Source: Octopus sinensis
Lineage: Eukaryota
Assembly (NCBI RefSeq): GCF_006345805.1
Contig: NC_043006.1
Span: forward strand, 54,250,001 to 54,314,000
Length of the DNA stretch: 64,000 bases
Direction: 5' to 3'
The first letter of the stretch is position 1. Each line of letters opens with the position of its first letter. A program made the position numbers and the translations under genes. Below are positions 52,193-64,000 of the stretch, one piece after another. Under the pieces are notes generated by a model, which saw only the letters and a program-made list of their open reading frames with translations, searched no databases and was not told the origin of the DNA.

Positions 52193-52835
52193 TTAAGCAA
52201 TACATCAATGTGTTATTCAAATAGTTGCTCAGACTGTTATCTTCAACACAACATCAAATGTGTTGCCCAAAAGGCTGTTCAAACTGTTGTCTTTCATATA
52301 TGAAATAAGATAACAGTTTGAGCAGCCAGTACCCTTTCATATACCCTTTATTTCTACCATAGTGGTTTGTTTAAATATAAGCATGTTTTATCTATTTAAT
52401 AAATAGATTGTTAAACACATACAAACATAAAAGTTAATCTTATTTCAATCCTGTCTGAATTGTCTCTCAGCCTTCAATACATTGAATATAATACAACCCC
52501 AGTGTTATACAATCTACCCTCTTAAGTGCAAAATGTTTAGCTATTTTTCAGGAAGAAAGATTATTTTACTTGTAGGGGAAGGCTATTGTACTTTTTTGTT
52601 TTTTTTGCCTGAAGTCATAACACTTCATTGTTGTGGTCTCTGGTAAAGTTTCTTTTCCAATTACAAACACTTACACTGATTGCTAATATTTACATATTTA
52701 CTTCTAAAGAGCTTAAACAGAACCCATTGCTCTTTGAGGCCCTCATGAAGTAAAGAATAACAAAGCTGAGAGATTAATTAATTCAACAGGTTTCTACACA
52801 CACAGTTTATGCAATGGATCATATATCTCTGTGTA

Positions 52836-52887
<52 letters not shown>

Positions 52888-54625
52888 TAATTTAATCAAC
52901 TTCTGTGTGTATTAGCTCCAAATTCTAAATATGTCTTTAGTTTCTTTACAGAATGTTTAGAAAATAAAAATTAACATTAAAAAAAGAAACAAAAATACAA
53001 ATATATAAATTACTTATGATTAAATGGGTTTTTTTCTATGCTAATGCAGGCTACCATTGGATGGAGCCAACTTCTGCTGCTGTATATTCTGCCTGGTTGA
53101 TAAATCATAGAACTACATAACAAGTATAATAAACAAAAATAAACAAATATGTGAATTCTATGCAGCTTTTTCTTTATAATTCTTTAATTTCAGACTTAAA
53201 TTTGTAATCCCACCAAATGTTATAAAGAAATGATTTTCTCCCTTGCAACCACTAGGAGAACCATGTGTGTTTGAAATATAATATTTTTAACAATGTGGGT
53301 GTGGTAGACTTAAGAGTGTCACCCATAGCAGAATCTAGTCTGTAAACATTCAAACCAGCTTTCAAGCCTGGAAATATTTTCCTCCCTCCTATCTAGGGGA
53401 CTGTGAAAATGTTCAGGGCACTGCACATTCGTTGTTGGAAAAAAAAAAAAACCCTATCATGTGAGAAAGGACAGTAAGAATCATTGTGATGAGTTGGTAG
53501 ATGATGATGATAGTTTGGGTTTTCAAAGGGAAAGTGATGACAGGGATTAGCTTGAAAGTCTGTGATAATAAGTCAACTTGATAAGCACTAACCTCAGGTT
53601 AAAGAACAATAACAATGAGTTTTGGTAAGTATGCATCAGCATGTGCTAACACCACATAAAAGGCACCTAGTACACTCTGTAACTTGGTTGGCAACAGAAA
53701 GGGCATCCAGTTATAGAAACCATGCTAAAACAGATGACTGGAGCCTGGTGCAGCCTTCCAGATGGCCACCTCCTGTCAAACTATCCAACCCGTGTCAATA
53801 TGGAAAACAGATGTTAAACAATCATGATAGTGATGATGATGATGAATTGGACTTTATTAGAATTGTTGATATGATGATGCTTCCAACTCTAGTTCTCTCC
53901 TAGTTATGATGATGATGATGATGTTCAGAAAGTGGCAGTTCTGTAGATTAGAAGATAATTGTTAGCAATTTCCTTGTTCAGATGTAATGATGATGATAGT
54001 AACCACATCTAGTTCTAATAATGATTTCACATTTCGGCACAAGGTCAACAATTTTTCAGTCAACTACATTGATTCCAATATTGATGGGTACTTTATTTTA
54101 CTCCCACCCACCCCACAAATGGATGAAAAGCAAAGCTGACTGTGGCAAAATTTGAACACAGAATGTATATAAGGAATCAGAAGAAATCCCACTTCAGGCT
54201 AAACAATGCATTTTGAGTAACTTTGCTAGGGAGACACTGAAAGAAGCCTGTTAACATGGCTTAGCTGGTCAAAACTTTAAGGTTACTGTCAACATTTTTG
54301 TATAAGAATAATAATTTTGTACTTTACAAAAGTATAGAGTAACCCATCAAAATTGTTTTTATCATAACTGAATAAAAAACAAGCCCATTAGTGTGTGTGT
54401 GTATGTGTTACTGTTTCCTTACCCTGATATTCTGTGATAGCTATAAACAGGTGTGTCTGTTATACAAAGTAATGTCATTCATTTTTTCATCATTGTTTAG
54501 CATCCTCTTTCCATGCTGGCATGGGTTAGACTATTTAACATGGAGCTGTCCAGATTCCAACAGTCTGTTGTGGCATGGTTCCTATGGCTTGATGCCCTTC
54601 CTAATGCCAACCACTTAACAGATTC

Positions 54626-54860
54626 TTATTTCTTTATTGCCCACAAGGGGCTAAACATAGAGAGGACAAACAAGGACAGACAATGAGATTAAGTCGATTA
54701 CATCGACCCCAGTGCATAACTGGTACTTAATTTATCGACCCCGGAAGGATGAAAGGCAAAGTCGACTTCGGCAGAATTTGAACTCAGAGCGTAAAGACAG
54801 ACAATATGCTGCTGAGCAATTTGTCTGGTGTGCTAACATTTCTGCCAACTTATCACCTTT
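54626..54860 (-). mobile_element. SINE family B, single copy of the 210-bp array unit
   Basis: TTATTTCTTTATTGCCCACAAGGGGCTAAACATAG...TCGACCCCAGTGCATAACTGGTACTTAATTTA is the reverse complement of the 28387-29215 unit. Confidence 0.9.
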
Positions 54861-55763
54861 TTCAGATTCTGCTGGGTTCTTTTTACATGCCACTGGCTTG
54901 GGTGTATTAAAACAGTACTGGCACTGGTTCTTGTTTGGATGACACCAGCACCTGAAGGACAAGCCTGTATATGTGGAAGACAGTGATTTTACTTAGCTTG
55001 ATGTGTCTTATTAAGTACAGGGGAACTATTAATATACCTGGAAATATTTGAGGATTGGCAACAGGAAGGGTATCAGTCAGACTGCCAAAAATCTGCCTCA
55101 CCAAATTCTGTCTGACCCATGCAAGCATGGAAAAGTGAACATTAAAACAATGAGGATAATGATATTATTTTAACACTTCATGCCAGTCTGCTGTGCCAGT
55201 GTGGTTTGGTTTCCCATGCCAAAAGTTGAACCTTGGTCCCCTGCAGGAAGGCCAGTTGTGGGAAAGGTTAATGTTTTTTATTCATTATATCAGTTACAGC
55301 CCCTTACCCTTCTCTCTGCCAACCTCATTGACGTCTGTCCGTTTGTCAATAGTAAAAGACTGCTATGTCATTAACAGAAGCTATGTGTGGAATGTTAATT
55401 GTATGATTTTATTATACTCTCAATCCAGCTACACCTACAACTGTTAGAACCATTTGGCCCAGGATGAATTGAGCAACAGGGTGGTGGAGATGGTAATGAT
55501 AGTGGTGGTGGTGGTGGTGGTGTGAGGTTTTTTTCCCTCTTTACTACTCTAATCAGTAAAAATATATAATTACTATTTCAAATGAATTACAAATGACTTC
55601 TGATAAGTTTTGTTGATGAATTGCATGCAAGCCATGGGTGAATACTGTTCATGTGTGGGTGTTTGTTTGTATAGGTTACCCTGTGTGTGTATGGTTTTAT
55701 GTGTGTATGTACCCAGGCTCATGAGTGTGTTTGTATTTAAATATATATATGTGTATATATATA

Positions 55764-55807
<44 letters not shown>

Positions 55808-56219
55808 TGTATAAAGATTGAATGTGGATTTGTCTTTTAATTTGGCGGTTTCCAAAAAAAGATTTCTAATATTGATTCTTCATACTTTTCTGGGAGTTTA
55901 CAGGTGTAAATTTACAAAGATATGGAAGTAGTACTTGTATATAATATATGGTGAATTTATGGAATGAAGTCCCATAAAACTCATCAATTAAGTTAAAAAT
56001 GGAGGAGACAAGTTGTTAAAATATATAAGAAGTTTAATTCTTGCAGACGATCATTCCATACAGGTATATAAATATATATATATATATTATATATATATAT
56101 ATATGAAAACGCTTCTAACAAATAGTTCCAACTTAATTAAAGAACATATACATATATAGACATTTATATTTGCATAGATTCATGCGTAGGTTTGTAGCTA
56201 TGTGCACACATACGCTACA

Positions 56220-56251
<32 letters not shown>

Positions 56252-56789
56252 TATTTATTTATGGCTGTGTGGTTAAGAAGTTGTCTTTGCAGCTACATGA
56301 TTTCAGGTTCAGTCCCATTGTTTGGCTCTTTGGATGTCTTCTACAATGGCCCTGGGTTAACCAATGCTTTATGAGTGAATTTGGTAGACAAATATTATTT
56401 GCAAGCTAGATGTTTCTTATTCTTTTGAAAGCAATAAAAAAACTAAGACTTAAACTGATCAACCAAATTATTCAAAGTAGTGCTGCAGTATGGCCACAGT
56501 CCAATTGCTGAAATGAGTAAAAGAATCAAAGAATACATATTTATATGTAAGGTGGTTACATGCCATTTTACTAAGACTAAGCCTTGTGAATGAAATTGAG
56601 CAAAGAGAAGCTGGAAACTGTGTTGGATGCAGTGCACCTACAGTTCAAATGAACCAACCATGTTACACAGTGTCACAATGCGTCTGTTTGAGTCTGTTTG
56701 CTATGGATACACATCTGTGGGTATGTGTGTGAGAGAGAGAGAGAAAGTGAGCACATACTCTACTTTTATTATTGTTTTTGTTTATATAT

Positions 56790-57175
56790 GCAGGCTTGGC
56801 TGTGTGGTTGAGATGTTTGCTCTCCACCACATGGTTTCAGGTCCAGTCCCACTGCTTGTTACCTTGGGCAAGTGTCTTCTACCATAGCTCCAGGCCAACC
56901 AAATCCTTTTGAGTGGATTTAGTAAACAGAAACTGAAAGAAGCCAATCATGTGTGTGTGTGTGGTGTGTGTGTGTCTCTCTCTCTCGATATTGCATGATA
57001 GTTGTAAATGAGTGTCACTGGGTTCTATTATCCTGTGAGAACATGTTTGAGAACAAGGAGGAATATTACCGGTCACCAGCCTTCAAGTAATGGCAACAGG
57101 AATGACATGTGATTGAAGAAAGTTTGTCTCTATAAACTTTGTCTGACCTATGCAAGAATGGAAAAGGTAACATTA
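56790..57175 (+). mobile_element. SINE with family-A head and RTE-type tail (family D)
   Basis: 5' half matches 39589-39780; 3' half ends TCTGACCTATGCAAGAATGGAAAAG..ACATTAA, like the RTE 3'-UTR. Confidence 0.65.
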
Positions 57176-57176
57176 A

Positions 57177-57388
57177 CCCTTTAGCATTCAGATAAGTCTG
57201 CCAAATATAATGTTTAATCACATTGCTTTGAATTAATCATGCATTATTTTGTGGCTAAAATATTTCAATGATTTGATTGTTTATTTCAGAATAATGTAGG
57301 GTAAGTGTGAGAGGCTGGATCTAGCTGGTTTGAACATAAATTAAGTAGAATATTTGGGCTGAATGTGGCTGGTTTCAGTGTTAAAGGG
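57177..57388. mobile_element. piggyBac-like MITE (second family)
   Basis: TTAA flanks; TIRs CCCTTTAGCATT / AGTGTTAAAGGG. Confidence 0.8.
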
Positions 57389-57478
57389 TTAAAGCAATGG
57401 TGACTGATGATGTCTAATATTTCGTTTTGGGATTTGGTTTGCAAGATTCTTTATATGAGTTTGTGTGTTGAAGCATAT

Positions 57479-57593
57479 TCTGTTGTGTCTGGGGAGAATA
57501 ATTTTCTTTTTGTGTCTTATAATGGAAATTTACCAATGAGTGTGTTTCATTATAAGGCACAAAAAGAAAATGACTCTCCCCAGACACAACAGA
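57479..57593. repeat. 115-bp near-perfect inverted repeat (hairpin)
   Basis: Arms 57479-57528 and 57545-57593 pair with 3 mismatches and one bulge around a 16-nt loop. Confidence 0.95.
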
Positions 57594-59150
57594 TGTCTTT
57601 AATGTTTTCTGTATATAGAATAACAACAACAAATATATAATTTTACTGTATGGGACTGGAAAGACCAAAATTCAAATGAGTACTTGTTACACCTATGGGG
57701 TACTGTGAATATATTCATTACTATACTAAAATAATATATAAGTTACCTTTAAGAATTGTTTTATTCTGCTTTCAACAGTTAATCTCAACACTGCTGCCAT
57801 TACCACCATCAAACTGTAGTGTATCATCTGTTTGGGGAATATCACCTGCAGGAGGCTAGCAGACTCTCCAGGGTATGAGTTGTCCCTTATCCACTTAATT
57901 CCATGAAATAGGACAAAGCATCAACCTAATCCATTTTTTTCTTCTATATAACTCCTTCTGTAACCCCATTCCTCTCATCAAGCATCATTGAAGCTAAACA
58001 GTATAACTATATTGACCTCACTGGTCTTGGAGAGCTAACGAGAACTGTGAACACTGCTTTCTTCTTCAGGTTAATTTAACAAAAAATGAGGAAGTCTTAT
58101 CCTGCAAGACATTGCAGCGAAATTTTCTTCAATTACTATTCTTGACCTACAAAATACTGCAGCTAAATCTTCAAATACTAGGTTAGGCCAAAATTTTGTC
58201 ATGGTTTTCCTATTCCCTGTCATGTATAAATAAAATGTTTCATACACGTACAAATATCACTAAAAACACTGTCTCTCCTATTCAACTCAGACAACATGGA
58301 AAGTGGACGTTAAACAATGATGATGATGATGATGATGATATATACATATATATCATCATCATCTTTTAATGTCCATGTTGGCATGTGTTGGCTAAATGTG
58401 TGTGTGTGTGTGTACCTTTCTCTTGACATCACATGATGGTTGTAAATGAACACCTCTATCATATATGTGACGTTCCTTTCCAGTCTTCCTTAAAAAACAC
58501 ATCAGCCCTTGGGGAAATAATATTACCATGCTTGGGAGCAGGTGAGGATTAGCAGCAGGAAAAATGTCCAACTGTAGAAAAACTGCATCTCAACAAAAAA
58601 AAACAAAAAATTCTAACTGACTTATACAAGTATGACAAAATGGATGTTAAAATGATGATTACACCCTAAACATGAGATGCATAGTAAGTCCAGTAATAGT
58701 CTGGCTCATCCAAATTCACCTTTCTTGCTTCCACTGTACCCACTACCAGAATGTATGGGTGTTTCACAGCCGAAAGTGTATGTGTTCCAGATTGTCACAC
58801 TATATTCCATATAATTCATCACTGCATGTTGCATTGTGCAGTTTCGTTCCCAGATTGACAGGAAGATAGGTCTGTGGGTTGCACCTTGTCATTTCGTCAA
58901 CTACATGTATGCCATAGAATTTGCTACACCATAGCAAACAAGAAATGAACCAACAAGGGATCCACTATAAGATAAGTAAACCTGTTAGAAATAGCACCCG
59001 AATGCTTTTTGTTTTTACAGCTTCATGCCCTTCCTGTTGCTAACCCTTATCTATTTTGCAAGTAAGGGATTTCTCAGTTCACACATCTAAAGTGCAGTTT
59101 GCATATGAATTTATTAACAGGGAATGTAACTCCCCTCTCTCCCCCTCTCG

Positions 59151-59192
<42 letters not shown>

Positions 59193-60244
59193 TCCATTTT
59201 AGTTTCTGTGTTCTAATTTCACTCAAAATACATCGGTCAGTCTAAAGCTAGAGTAGAAGATATCCAATTAAAATGATGTACAGTTGGATTGTGTCCTCTT
59301 TTTAAAGACAGTAAGATGTGATTTGAAATGATTTGGTTGCTATTTCTAGTAGACAAAGTAGCCATATAGAGGCTTCCATGTTGGAATTGTTGGTGGAACA
59401 GAAGAATCTATGTTATTTTTAATATGTATTGTTATTTACAGCAGTTTGTTGAGTGATGTTGTTGCTCAGACATGATTAAATATAATCAATGATTTCTTTC
59501 TTGTTTCTAAAGGTGGAGTTTGATTTGAGGAGCATTTGACTGCTCCTTCTAGCAGTCTGAGTGACCATGTAGAGGCTAACTCATGCATTCTGTGTGTGAT
59601 GTTTTCTTTAATGGAAGGAAAGTGTCTGTGCCCTTGACATATTGCAGGCCTTCTGAGACTGGTCCTGGTCGGCAGGGGGTTGTTGAAGTTGATTTACAAC
59701 CTTAACATCTGCAGGTTGATGACCTATATGGGAAATATGGGACAGGGAGGGGATTTCAAAATTTCCTGAAGAGGAAGAAAGACTGAGATAATATCTAGTG
59801 TTGATATTTGAGTTGTGCAGCACAGTTGGGATGAGGACAGAAGCTTTGTTGGGGCTTTGGTCATCATCATCATCATCATCCATTTACTGTCTACTTTTCC
59901 ATGCTTGTATGGGTTAGACAGTATTTGTTGAGGCTGGTTTTCTATGGCAAGAAACCTCACACACACATGCACACATATACATATTTTACTTGTTTCAGTC
60001 ATTTGATGATGGCCATGTTGGGGCACTACTTTGAAGGGTTTTAGTCGAACTAGTCAACCCCAGGACTTTGTTTTTTAAAGCCTAGTATTTATTTTATTGA
60101 ACTCTTTTACTGAACTATTAAGTTACAGGGAGATAAAAACACCAACAGTGGTTGTCAAGCAGTGGAAGACAAACACACACACATGACACTTTCCCAAGGT
60201 ACCATGCAGAGGGAGTAAACCCAGAACTATGCAGTTGAGAAGCA

Positions 60245-61045
60245 CCACATGCCGGTGGCACGTAAAAAGCACCACCGATCATGGCCGCTGCCAGCCTCCC
60301 CTGGCACCTGTGCCGGTGGCATGTAAAAAGCATCCACTACACTCATGGAGTGGTTGGCATTAGGAAGGGCATCCAGCTGTAGAAACACTGCCAGATCAGA
60401 CTGGAGCCTGGTGCAGCCTCCTGGCTTCCTAGACCCCGGTCGAACCGTCGAACCCATGCTAGCACGAAAAACGGACGTTAAACATGATGATGATGATGAT
60501 GATGAAGAAGACCCAGCAACTCAAGTGAGTTCACAGCCATGCATGTCCAGCGCAGTTATAAGTACCCCCGATGCGTCGGGTGATATGATATGCTTGAGAA
60601 GACCTGTTGAGTCAAATAAAACCAAAATTGTAGCTGTGGCCAGTGCCTCCTGACTGCTTCCCAATCTAGTAGCACATAAAAAGTACCGTCCAAATGTAGC
60701 CGATGCCAGTATGCCCTAAATGGCTCCTGTGCCAGTGGCACATAAAAAGCACTATCCGAATGTGGCTGATACCTGTACCTCCTGACTGCCCCCCGTGCGG
60801 GTGGCACGTAAAAAGCACCATCTGAACGTGATTTATGCCAGGCCCGCCTGACTGGCCCCTGTGCTGGTGGCATGTAAAGAGCACCCACTACACTCTCGGA
60901 GTGGTTGGCGTTAGGAAGGGCATCCAGCTGTAGAAACATTGCAGGTCAGATTGGAGCCTGGTGCAGCTGCTGGCTCTCCAAACCTCAGTCAAACCGTCCA
61001 ACCCATGCCAGCATGGAAAACAAATGTTAATCGATGATGATGATA
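60245..61045 (+). mobile_element. Two tandem RTE 3'-UTR copies, each ending in (GAT)n
   Basis: 60245-60505 and 60520-61045; the second has GCTTGAGAAGACC followed by four 66-bp units. Confidence 0.8.
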
Positions 61046-61049
61046 TATA

Positions 61050-61825
61050 TATATATCCATCCACATGATTCCAGGTTCAGTCCTGTTGTGTGGCAAGAGT
61101 CTTCTAATATTGCCTCAGGCTGACCAAAGCCTTGTGAGTGGATTTAGTAGACGGAAACTGAAAGAAGCCCGTCATATATATATATATGTAAGTGTATGTA
61201 TATATGTTTGTGTGTCTGTGTTTGTCTCGTCCATCATCGCTTGATGATCGCTGTTGGTGTGTTTACGTTCCCGTAACTTTGCGGTTCAGGAAAAGAGACT
61301 GATAGGATAAGTGCTAGGCTCACAAAGAATAAGTCCTGGTGTCGATTTGTTTGACTAAAGGCGGTGCTCCAGCATGACCACAATCAAATGACTGAAACAA
61401 ATAAAAGAATGTGGCTGTGTGGTAACAGGGAATGTAACTCCCCTCTCTCCCTCTCTCTCACACACACATCCATTTTAGTTTCTGTGTTCTAATTTCACTC
61501 AAAATACACATGGTTCCAGGTTCAGTCCCACTACATGGCATCTTGGCCAAGTGTCTTCTACTATAGCCTTGGGCCAACGAAAGCCATGTGAGTGGATTTG
61601 GCAGACGGAACCTGAAAGAAGCCTGTTGTATATATGTATATATATATATATGTATGTGTGTGTCTGTGTTTGTTACCCCAACATCGTTTGACCACTGATG
61701 GTAGTGTGTTTACCTCCCCATAACTTAGCGGTTCAGCAAAAAGTGGCCTTTAGTTGATTTGCTCAACTGAAGGCAGTGCTCCAGCATAGCTGCAGTCAAA
61801 TGACTGAGACTAGTAAAAGAAAAGA
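61050..61825 (+). mobile_element. Two tandem family-A SINEs
   Basis: 61050-61410 and 61411-61825, each colinear with 39589-39991; the second carries an 86-bp foreign patch. Confidence 0.85.
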
Positions 61826-61845
61826 ATTTATATATTGAAAGAAGC

Positions 61846-61905
<60 letters not shown>

Positions 61906-62204
61906 TTATGTGTGTGTGTTTGTATCTGTTTGTACCAACCACCATCATTTAACCAATGTTGGTGTGTTTATATCCCTGCAAATTAGCAGTTTGGCACAAG
62001 AGACTCATAGAATGAGTACCATGCTTACAGAGAATAAGTCCAAGGGTTGATTTCTTTTACTAAAAGGCAGTGCTCCAGCATGGCCACAGCCAAATGACTA
62101 AAACAAGTAAAACAATAAAAGAATGTGTGTGTGTGTGTGCACTCACTTATAAACATATATATTTGACATAATATGCTAGTTGTAGATTCTATATACTCAT
62201 TACT

Positions 62205-62598
62205 CTTACTCTTTTACTTGTTTCAGTCATTTGACGCCCATGCTGGAGCACCGCCTTTAGTTGAGCAAATCGACCCCAGGACTTATTCTTTGGAAGCCTA
62301 CTACTTATTCTATCAGTCTCTTTTGCCAAACTGCTAAGTTACGGGGATGTAAACACACCAGCATCAGTTGTGTAGTGATGTTGGAGGGACAAACACAAAC
62401 ATATACACACACATACATACATACATATATACATATATGTGTGTGTGTGTATACATATATAGGACGGGCTTCTTTCAGTTTCTGTCGACCAAATCCACTC
62501 ACAAGGCCCAAGGAAGACACTTGCCTAAGGTGCCATGCAGTGGGAATGAACCAGGAACCATGTGGTTGGTATGCAAGCTACTTACCACACAGCCACCT
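62205..62598 (-). mobile_element. SINE family A
   Basis: Colinear reverse match to 39589-39991. Confidence 0.85.
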
Positions 62599-62989
62599 CA
62601 ACATTTTTTTATTGAATGCTCTTTTGTGAAATATAACTTGGATGCAAACTCCATAGGAATTTGTGTTACACTCCAGGAATATACACAGAGGCATAAACAG
62701 AAAAATGTTTTGATAGAAAGTATGCAAAGAGAAATGTGTGTGTGTGTTCTTTTGTCTTTGTGTGGGAGTAGAAGTATTAGGTGGGGCAGGAGTCCCATTT
62801 AGGAATATTAAGGACTTCAAGGTACATTAGGCACAAGTATCAAAAGAAAGCAAATTCCAATAGTTTTACAGTCTCTTTTCTTCTTAAGGTTCATTGTCAG
62901 TTGATGACCTTCTGACCTTTACACCTCTGTGGTAGGCCATAGTTCAATATTAAATAGCATTTTCCCCCTATTGGTGCTACTGTTGTACC

Positions 62990-63067
62990 CACCAGTTCCA
63001 CCACCACAACAGCTTCCACTGCTGCTGGGATACTGTGGCTGCTACTTCTGCTGCTGCTGCTGCTTCG

Positions 63068-63100
<33 letters not shown>

Positions 63101-63140
63101 GCTACTGCTACTGCTGCTGCTGCTGCTACTGCTCAACTGG
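62990..63140. repeat. Compound trinucleotide microsatellite (CTG)n/(CTA)n
   Basis: Directly visible; gives rise to the poly-S and poly-Y/C pseudo-ORFs. Confidence 0.95.
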
Positions 63141-64000
63141 TTAGCCACATTCCATTATGTTGGAAATGGTGAAAGAACTTTGAAGTAGGATCTAATTTGT
63201 TGTTGTTCAGCCCCTGGTCATGTTTGATTGAGATCTATAAGCAATGATATTCATTCTAGTTATGGCCATCCTGTCCTTGTAAAGGGTATGTAGAAAAACA
63301 ATGAAAGACAGTATCAACACCATCACCATTATTATCACTTAGCTCCCCAGCCTTCAGACATGGCATCTCCCTCCTTATCTTCCTCTTTCAGTTTCTGTCA
63401 GCCAAATCCTCTCATAAAGCATTGGATGGCTCCTGCTATCCTAGAAGACCCTTGCCAAAGCTGCCATGCAGTGAGACTGAACCCAAAACCATGTGGTTGG
63501 GATGAAAACTTCTAAACCACACATCCATAATCATGCCTTTTATCTTTTACTTGTTTCTGTTATTAGACTGTGGCCATGCTGGGGCACCACCTTGAAGAAT
63601 TTTAGTTGTACAAATCAACCCCAGTGCTTATCTTTTTAAGCCTGGTACTTATTCTATCAGTCACTTTTGATGAATCGCTAAGTTACTGGGGTGTAAACAC
63701 ACCAACAGTAGTTGTCAAATAGTGGTAGTTTGACAGGAGCTGGCTGGCCAGGAAGCTGTCAAGACTCCAATTGTCTATTGTGGATTGGTTTCTATAGATG
63801 GATGCTCTTCCTAATGCCAACAACTTCAGAGAATGTGCTGAGTGCTTGTACTGTCACCGGCATGGGTGCACTTGTACAGCTGTGGCATGAGTGCATTTTG
63901 TGTGGCACCAGCACCTGTAAAGGACTAGCTTGTATGTAAGGATGGTAGTATATTCTGAAAATCCACCCCACACATGATAAAAGATTTCTAACACATTTGG

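Noticed and set aside
62897-63148. Poly-Ser and poly-Tyr/Cys ORFs
   Set aside because: Translation artefacts of a trinucleotide microsatellite

Overview
AT-rich, microsatellite-dense eukaryotic DNA that is intergenic or deep intronic. The repeat families look like those of an Octopus (cephalopod) genome; that is recognition from knowledge, not a database match. I find no intact protein-coding gene, rRNA, true tRNA gene or CRISPR array, and nearly all ORFs in the track are spurious or decayed transposon pieces. The window is a nested mosaic of: several tRNA-derived SINE families; RTE and CR1/Proto2-like LINE fragments; a Penelope-type RT remnant; mariner and DD41D transposase remnants; pogo-, hAT- and piggyBac-like MITEs; a Helentron-like non-autonomous element; and two young SINE-derived tandem arrays. 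Most notable are (1) a tRNA-headed SINE whose tail carries a Penelope-type minimal hammerhead ribozyme motif, (2) an 898-bp non-coding element inside a (TA)n tract with an identical 211-bp direct repeat, a perfect 72-bp inverted repeat and a candidate hammerhead, (3) a 115-bp near-perfect hairpin, and (4) fold-back and templated-insertion footprints. Boundaries of old repeats are approximate (about 10-30 bp).
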